From a bacterium (GTDB lineage: Bacteria; Patescibacteriota; Patescibacteriia; SG8-24), in contig JAHFIW010000001.1 of NCBI GenBank assembly GCA_023246195.1, positions 974 to 64,973 of the forward strand: a stretch of 64,000 nt of DNA. The letters run 5' to 3'. Both the position numbers and the translations under genes were made by a program. Shown piece by piece: positions 56,675 to 64,000 of the stretch; the stretch's first letter is position 1, and each line of letters opens with the position of its first letter. The notes under the pieces were generated by a model that saw nothing but the letters and a program-made list of their open reading frames with translations, searched no databases and was not told the origin of the DNA.

Positions 56675-57934
56675 TCAGGCCAAAAATGATTTCGCTCGCT
56701 TCTTGCGATGCCACGATACCGCGAACCGATGCGCCTCATCCCGACAGCGCTGCAATAACGGCTTGAAGGCGCGAACGAGACGCGCAAGCTCATAATCGCC
56801 CTTATCGTACACCAGCTCATCTTGCTTGCGATCCGGACCTTTGGCAATGCCGACCAGCGGGATCTTCAGGCCATACGCGTCGAGCACCTTCTTGGCCGCG
56901 TTCATCTGACCGAGGCCGCCGTCAATCAGCACCAGATCGGGCAATGGCCACGGCTTGCCGCTTTCAGGCTTCACCGAACGCGCAAACCGTCGGCGTAACG
57001 TTTCGGTCATCATGGCTACGTCGTCGGGTCCGTTCACGTCCTTAATGCCGAAGATGCGATATTCGGACTTTTTAGATTCTCCGTCGACCATCACTACCAT
57101 GCTGCCCACGGCGTCCCTGCCAGAGGTGTTGGAGATGTCGTACCCCTCAATGCGACCGAAGATGTTGATGAACTCGTCCAGATGACCGTCCTCATTCTTG
57201 AGAACCGACTCGTCTCGCACGTGCTCGAGCGCGAACAGGCGATTACGCAAATCGGCGGCATCCTCATAACGTTCCTCGGCGGCAGCGCGCGCCATTTCGC
57301 GCTTCATCTCGCCGGAAACGACGTCCCGTCCGCCTTCAAAAAAGCGCATCAATCGGCGGATGATCTTCTTGTACTGCGCCGAAGTAACCTCGCCGGTACA
57401 GACGCCGGGACAAAGGCCGAGATGCCGATAGAAGCACGGGCGCTTACGGCCCGGCTTGCAGGCAGTCCACGGAAAAGACTTACGCAACGCGTCGAGCGCG
57501 GCACGCACGGAGGGAGCCGACTTGAACGGTCCGTACACCTTCAAGAATTGCTTTTTTGGCATGCGCGCCAGTTCGTAGGCGCGAATCAATACCGGCTGCG
57601 GAAAAGCCTCGCGAGTGAACGCCAAATGGATGAAACTCTTGTCATCCTTCTCCATCACGTTATAGGGCGGCTGATGTTTTTTGATGAGTTTGGCTTCGAG
57701 CATCAGGGCCTCGATTGCCGTCGGCGTCAGTTCGTAGTCGATACGCCTGATCTTAGTGACCATCTGGGCGATGCGCTCGTCAGCAGGACGCACGAAATAG
57801 CTTCCCACGCGCGAGCGCAAGGAAGTCGCCTTACCGATATACAGCAGCTTACCGTCGGCATCCTTCATGAAATAGACGCCGGGACTTGGCGGTAGCTCGT
57901 TATTTTTGATGACGACGTGGTCTGGGATGGCCAT
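56675..57934 (-). CDS. uvrC: Excinuclease ABC subunit C, short form.
   Basis: GIY-YIG domain GVYFMKDADGKLLYIGKATSLRSRVGSYF, UVR domain, and UvrC RNase-H-like endonuclease domain. About 420 aa; it lacks the C-terminal (HhH)2 domain. Confidence 0.8.
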   Translation of the reverse strand: MAIPDHVVIKNNELPPSPGVYFMKDADGKLLYIGKATSLRSRVGSYFVRPADERIAQMVTKIRRIDYELTPTAIEALMLEAKLIKKHQPPYNVMEKDDKSFIHLAFTREAFPQPVLIRAYELARMPKKQFLKVYGPFKSAPSVRAALDALRKSFPWTACKPGRKRPCFYRHLGLCPGVCTGEVTSAQYKKIIRRLMRFFEGGRDVVSGEMKREMARAAAEERYEDAADLRNRLFALEHVRDESVLKNEDGHLDEFINIFGRIEGYDISNTSGRDAVGSMVVMVDGESKKSEYRIFGIKDVNGPDDVAMMTETLRRRFARSVKPESGKPWPLPDLVLIDGGLGQMNAAKKVLDAYGLKIPLVGIAKGPDRKQDELVYDKGDYELARLVRAFKPLLQRCRDEAHRFAVSWHRKKRAKSFLA

Positions 57935-58064
57935 ACTGATGACCCAGCATCCCACAAAACGACCAAATGTTCAATCCAGGGGCGCGACCGACACCCATTG
58001 ACAAAACGCCCATTTATGCTATGCTTCGTCGTTCGGTAAAAAACCGACAAAGGAGACAAACATC

Positions 58065-58637
58065 TTGAACATTCAAAATCTCGAGTGTCTGCTCGTCGCC
58101 GGCCTCCTCAGCCTCGCCATCGGGTACTGGCTGCGATTCCTCTACGTTGCCAAGCGGCGCGCAAGCGACCTCGTGTCACAGGCGCGCAAGCTGATGGCCG
58201 CAGGCGTCTTTTCCAGCGACATGGACGGCAACCTCGGTCCGGCCGAGCTGCTGGGCGACGCCTACCGCCTTCAACGGCAAGCCTTTCTGAAAGCCGAGGA
58301 CCTCGGCCTGAAGAACGATGCCGAGCTCGATGAGCTCATCATCACGGCGATTCGGGGAAACGCGCCCGTCAAAAGCGCGCAGTCGACGGACGAACGCGAC
58401 ACCCTGGTCGACATGCCGCTGCCGCGATTTCTTCCGGAAGACGAGGAACCCACGCTGCCAGGCGTCGACCTCGACGCGCTCGATGCCGCCAGCGACCCGG
58501 TCTTCTTCCTGACCGCCGGCCGGAACCGGCGAAACGTGCGGATCGACGACTACATGGGCTACGAGGAGTATCTCGAGTACTGCGGAAAGGTCGCCTCGAG
58601 CTTCACGCCCGTACAGGCGCGTAAAGACACCGACTGA
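58065..58637 (+). CDS. Hypothetical membrane-anchored protein.
   Basis: 190 aa with N-terminal TM helix LLVAGLLSLAIGYWLRFLYV. A putative promoter TTGACA-N16-TATGCT lies at about 58000-58027. Confidence 0.5.
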   Translation: MNIQNLECLLVAGLLSLAIGYWLRFLYVAKRRASDLVSQARKLMAAGVFSSDMDGNLGPAELLGDAYRLQRQAFLKAEDLGLKNDAELDELIITAIRGNAPVKSAQSTDERDTLVDMPLPRFLPEDEEPTLPGVDLDALDAASDPVFFLTAGRNRRNVRIDDYMGYEEYLEYCGKVASSFTPVQARKDTD

Positions 58638-58656
58638 ATCGTCCTCGCTCGGACAT

Positions 58657-58689
58657 TCGAAAAGAGCACGCATCTTGCGTGCTCTCTTT
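58657..58689. terminator. Bidirectional rho-independent terminator between gene 58065-58637 and uvrA.
   Basis: agagcacgc-atctt-gcgtgctct followed by ttttttattt. Confidence 0.7.
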
Positions 58690-58691
58690 TT

Positions 58692-61241
58692 TTATTTCAG
58701 TACCCGCTTAAGATACCGAGCCGTCCAGGTATCCGAATAATTGGCAACTTCTTCCGGAGTTCCGAGCGCCACCACGCGACCGCCGAGGTCGCCGCCATCG
58801 GGACCGAGGTCGATGACGTAGTCGGCCGTCTTGATGACGTCCAGGTTATGCTCGATGATGACCACCGAATTCCCGCGTTCCACCAGTTTCTCCAGCACTT
58901 CCAGCAAACGGCGGATGTCCTCGAAGTGCAGACCGGTCGTGGGCTCGTCCAGGATGTAAAGCGCCTTGCCGCCGCCGCGTTTGGCCAGCTCGAAGGCGAG
59001 CTTGACGCGCTGCGCCTCGCCGCCCGAAAGCGTCGTCGCCGACTGACCGAGCTCGATGTAGCCGAGACCGACCTCGTTGAGCACGCTCAGCTTGTCGTGG
59101 ATGTACGGGATGTCCCTGAAGAACTCGTCGGCGTCCTCGATGGTCATGGTGAGGATGTCGTGGATGCTCTTATCCTTGTACTTCACGTCAAGCGTCTCAC
59201 GATCAAAGCGCTTGCCTTTGCAGACGTCGCAGGTGACGTAGACCGTCGGCAAAAAGTGCATCTCGATGGCAATCTGGCCGTTGCCCTCGCAGTTCTCGCA
59301 ACGTCCGCCGGGGACGTTGAAGCTGAAACGCCCGGGCTTGTAGCCGCGGAGACGCGCTTCTTCGGTAGACGAGAACAGCTCGCGGATGTAGTTGAAAGCG
59401 CCGGTGTACGTGGCGGGGTTGGAACGCGGCGTACGTCCGATCGGCGACTGGTCGACCATGACGACGCGGTCCAGGTATTCGACGCCGCGGATCAGCTTGT
59501 GCTTGCCGACAGGCAGATGCGAACCGTTCAGCTTGTTAGAAATGGAATTGAAGAGAATGTCCTGCACCAAGGTGGACTTGCCGGAACCGGAAACGCCGGT
59601 AACCACGACCATGCGGCGCAGCGGAATATCAACCTCCACGTTCTTGAGGTTGTTCTCGGTGGCGCCGATGATCTTGAGCACCTCGCGGTTCTTGGTGCGG
59701 CGAAAGGTCGGCACCTTGATCTTCTTCCTGCCTTGCAGGTATGCGACGGTCAGGGACTTAGTGTCATTGAAGATTTCCGGTATGGGACCGGCCGCGATGA
59801 TCTCCCCGCCGTGCTTGCCGGCACCCGGTCCGAAATCCACCAGGTAGTCGGCGGTCATGATGGTGTCCTCATCATGTTCCACCACGATGATGGTGTTGCC
59901 GATATCGCGCAGGTTCTTGAGCGTGGCCAGCAGTTTGTCGTTGTCGCGCTGATGCAGGCCGATGGACGGCTCGTCGAGCACGTAGAGCGCGCCCACCAAT
60001 CGCGAACCGATCTGCGAAGCCAGGCGGATGCGCTGCGCCTCGCCGCCGGACAACGTGCCGGCAGTGCGGCCAAGAGACAGGTAATGCAAACCGACGTCCA
60101 GCAAGAATTGCAGGCGGCTGATGATTTCCTTCATGACGCTCTCCGAGATTTCAGCGTCACGCCCGACCAGCTTCAGCTCGGACAGGAACTTGTGGGCCTT
60201 GTCGATGGCCATGCCGGTAAGCTCCACGATGTGCATCTCGCTGACCTTCACGTGCAGGGCCTCCTTTCGCAGGCGCTTGCCGCCGCAATCATCACAGACC
60301 TTTTCTGACCAGAGGTGCTCCACGCCGAGGCCGGTGCAGGTGGGACACGCTCCGTAGGGACTGTTGAACGAGAACAGGCGCGGCTCGATCTCCGGAAAAG
60401 AAAATCCGCAGGACGGGCAGCTGAACTGGCTGGAGAGCATGCGCTCGCGGCCATTGCCGTAGACCACGTTCACCAGTCCCCCGCCGTATTGCAATGCCGC
60501 CTCGACCGCTTCGGCCAGACGAGCCTGCAATTCTTTTCCGCCCACGGTGATGTCGGTCTTGGTGATGGTGTCCACCACCAGCTCGACGGTGTGCTTCATG
60601 TTACGGTCCAGCACCAGACGAGTCCGCAGCGAACGGACGTTGCCGTTGACGCGCGCGCTGGCAAAGCCGGCATTGTACCAGTCATACAACAGCTGGTGAT
60701 ATTCGCCCTTGCGTCCGCGCACCGACGGCGCGAGGATGAGCGTATCGGCGTACTCGCGGCGTTTTTTTCCGAAGGCGTTCTCGGTCACGTCCTCGTCATA
60801 AGCGGCCTTCGCCTCGGCCATGATGTGGTCGACCATTTCTTCCGCGGTCATCTTGCGGATGGCGGTTTCGCATTGCGGACAATACGGTTTGCCGACGCGG
60901 GCATAGAGCACGCGCAGATAGTCATAAATTTCGGTGATCGTGGCGACGGTGGAACGCGGATTGGACGAGTGCGCCTTCTGGTCGATGGAAATGGCCGGTG
61001 ACAACCCGGTAATGTCATCCACGTCCGGCTTCTGCATCTGCCCCAAGAACTGACGGGCGTAAGCCGAGAGCGACTCCACGTAGCGGCGTTGCCCTTCGGC
61101 GAAGATGGTATCGAACGCCAACGAGGACTTGCCCGAACCGGACAGCCCCGTGAAGACGATCATCTTGTTCCGAGGCAGCTCAAGGGAGATGTTCTTGAGA
61201 TTATGCTCGCGCGCGCCCTTGATGATGATGGTTTCTTGCAT
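58692..61241 (-). CDS. uvrA: Excinuclease ABC subunit A
   Basis: 849 aa. Two ABC ATPase modules ([27 protein letters not shown]) and zinc-finger Cys clusters. Confidence 0.95.
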   Translation of the reverse strand: MQETIIIKGAREHNLKNISLELPRNKMIVFTGLSGSGKSSLAFDTIFAEGQRRYVESLSAYARQFLGQMQKPDVDDITGLSPAISIDQKAHSSNPRSTVATITEIYDYLRVLYARVGKPYCPQCETAIRKMTAEEMVDHIMAEAKAAYDEDVTENAFGKKRREYADTLILAPSVRGRKGEYHQLLYDWYNAGFASARVNGNVRSLRTRLVLDRNMKHTVELVVDTITKTDITVGGKELQARLAEAVEAALQYGGGLVNVVYGNGRERMLSSQFSCPSCGFSFPEIEPRLFSFNSPYGACPTCTGLGVEHLWSEKVCDDCGGKRLRKEALHVKVSEMHIVELTGMAIDKAHKFLSELKLVGRDAEISESVMKEIISRLQFLLDVGLHYLSLGRTAGTLSGGEAQRIRLASQIGSRLVGALYVLDEPSIGLHQRDNDKLLATLKNLRDIGNTIIVVEHDEDTIMTADYLVDFGPGAGKHGGEIIAAGPIPEIFNDTKSLTVAYLQGRKKIKVPTFRRTKNREVLKIIGATENNLKNVEVDIPLRRMVVVTGVSGSGKSTLVQDILFNSISNKLNGSHLPVGKHKLIRGVEYLDRVVMVDQSPIGRTPRSNPATYTGAFNYIRELFSSTEEARLRGYKPGRFSFNVPGGRCENCEGNGQIAIEMHFLPTVYVTCDVCKGKRFDRETLDVKYKDKSIHDILTMTIEDADEFFRDIPYIHDKLSVLNEVGLGYIELGQSATTLSGGEAQRVKLAFELAKRGGGKALYILDEPTTGLHFEDIRRLLEVLEKLVERGNSVVIIEHNLDVIKTADYVIDLGPDGGDLGGRVVALGTPEEVANYSDTWTARYLKRVLK

Positions 61242-61308
61242 ACTTGAAATGTTTGCGATTTGGTGCTAGGATTTTTTGTTGGTCACTTGACCACATGTAT
61301 CGGAGAAA

Positions 61309-61758
61309 GTGCAGAGGTGCAACATGAATGACCGCAAAGACCCCTATGAGGCGGCAGACGCCTTTCGACAGCTCATTTCCGCCACGATCCGCGATCTCTG
61401 CCACGCCTACCTCGCGGTATCCGACAGGGGCGATCACGATTCCTGCGTGCGTACGCTGATGGCTTCGCGCAAGGCGCTCCACGACGCGTTCGGCGATTCG
61501 CCGCCGCGCCCTCAGCGGAAGGGCACCGGCATCAGCGGCGAAAGCCTGCGAATGACGCTTGGGGGCATCGTCGATGCCGCCCAAAAGATCATCCTCATGT
61601 TCGAAGCCGTGGAAGAAACGGAGACTCCCGAGGGTATCTCGCGATGGCTCTCGACTCGCGGCAGGGACCTGACGAAGGGACTTTCGTTCCTCATAGGCGA
61701 CCTGCTTTGCGAGGACAACCTCCGCAAGATCGCCCTGAAATACGACACGGCGAACTGA
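61309..61758 (+). CDS. Hypothetical protein.
   Basis: 149-aa ORF between the convergent uvrA and uvrB ends. A terminator follows. Confidence 0.45.
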   Translation: MQRCNMNDRKDPYEAADAFRQLISATIRDLCHAYLAVSDRGDHDSCVRTLMASRKALHDAFGDSPPRPQRKGTGISGESLRMTLGGIVDAAQKIILMFEAVEETETPEGISRWLSTRGRDLTKGLSFLIGDLLCEDNLRKIALKYDTAN

Positions 61759-61772
61759 CTGACCGGGCCTCC

Positions 61773-63836
<2,064 letters not shown>

Positions 63837-64000
63837 TACGCAAAACCTCCCAGCGGAACACCCTATGGGGTACCCTGGGAGCCGTTGAGTTGTGCCTTGA
63901 CCCTACTGAAAAAGGGCCGCCATGTCAATCATGACAGCCCTCCCCGATCGCTACGGATGAGTAAAAGAATCCGCATGAGCCGGTATTGCCACGTCCAACG

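Overview
The window is a high-GC (about 60% or more by eye) bacterial chromosomal segment, almost entirely coding, with many overlapping or abutting genes and a reduced-genome, surface-protein-rich character. The gene repertoire (hrcA-grpE-dnaK-dnaJ chaperone order, a small YidC, a short UvrC, pilin-like and tail-fibre-like secreted proteins, a VirB4-like ATPase) is compatible with a Patescibacteria/CPR-like or other streamlined lineage, but taxonomy cannot be settled from sequence alone. Recognisable housekeeping genes: cysS; hrcA-grpE-dnaK-(two small ORFs)-dnaJ with a CIRCE operator; maf; yidC; mscL; murF; ftsI; rarA; class II HMG-CoA reductase; glyA; a C-terminally truncated folD; dnaB; ybaB; recR; rplU; mraY; mraZ-rsmH-ftsL with a putative MraZ operator; uvrC, uvrA, uvrB; tRNA-Glu(CUC) and tRNA-Pro(CGG). 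Accessory or unusual content: a VirB4/TraC-like type IV secretion ATPase cut by the left window edge; a 933-aa secreted Gly-repeat tail-fibre-like protein with a C-terminal peptidase-S74-type intramolecular chaperone domain, next to a Cys-rich secreted protein; two AT-rich patches carrying orphan ORFs, one inserted inside the dnaK operon and one beside tRNA-Glu; a roughly 2.1-kb segment next to tRNA-Glu bounded by an imperfect 30-bp direct repeat and carrying a PD40 beta-propeller protein and a C39-like lipoprotein peptidase; a VKOR-CcdA-TlpA(DipZ-like) disulfide-bond cluster next to Cys-rich pilin-like secreted proteins; three tandem small paralogous ORFs upstream of glyA; a rearranged dcw cluster with an unknown 527-aa gene between ftsL and mraY, and ftsI-murF relocated into an operon with rarA and two unknown membrane-anchored proteins; and a 16-bp perfect inverted repeat in the rarA/HMG-CoA-reductase divergent region. 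No CRISPR array, integrase, transposase or rRNA was seen. Gene starts are approximate in places, and several large opposite-strand ORFs are shadow ORFs of real genes in high-GC DNA.
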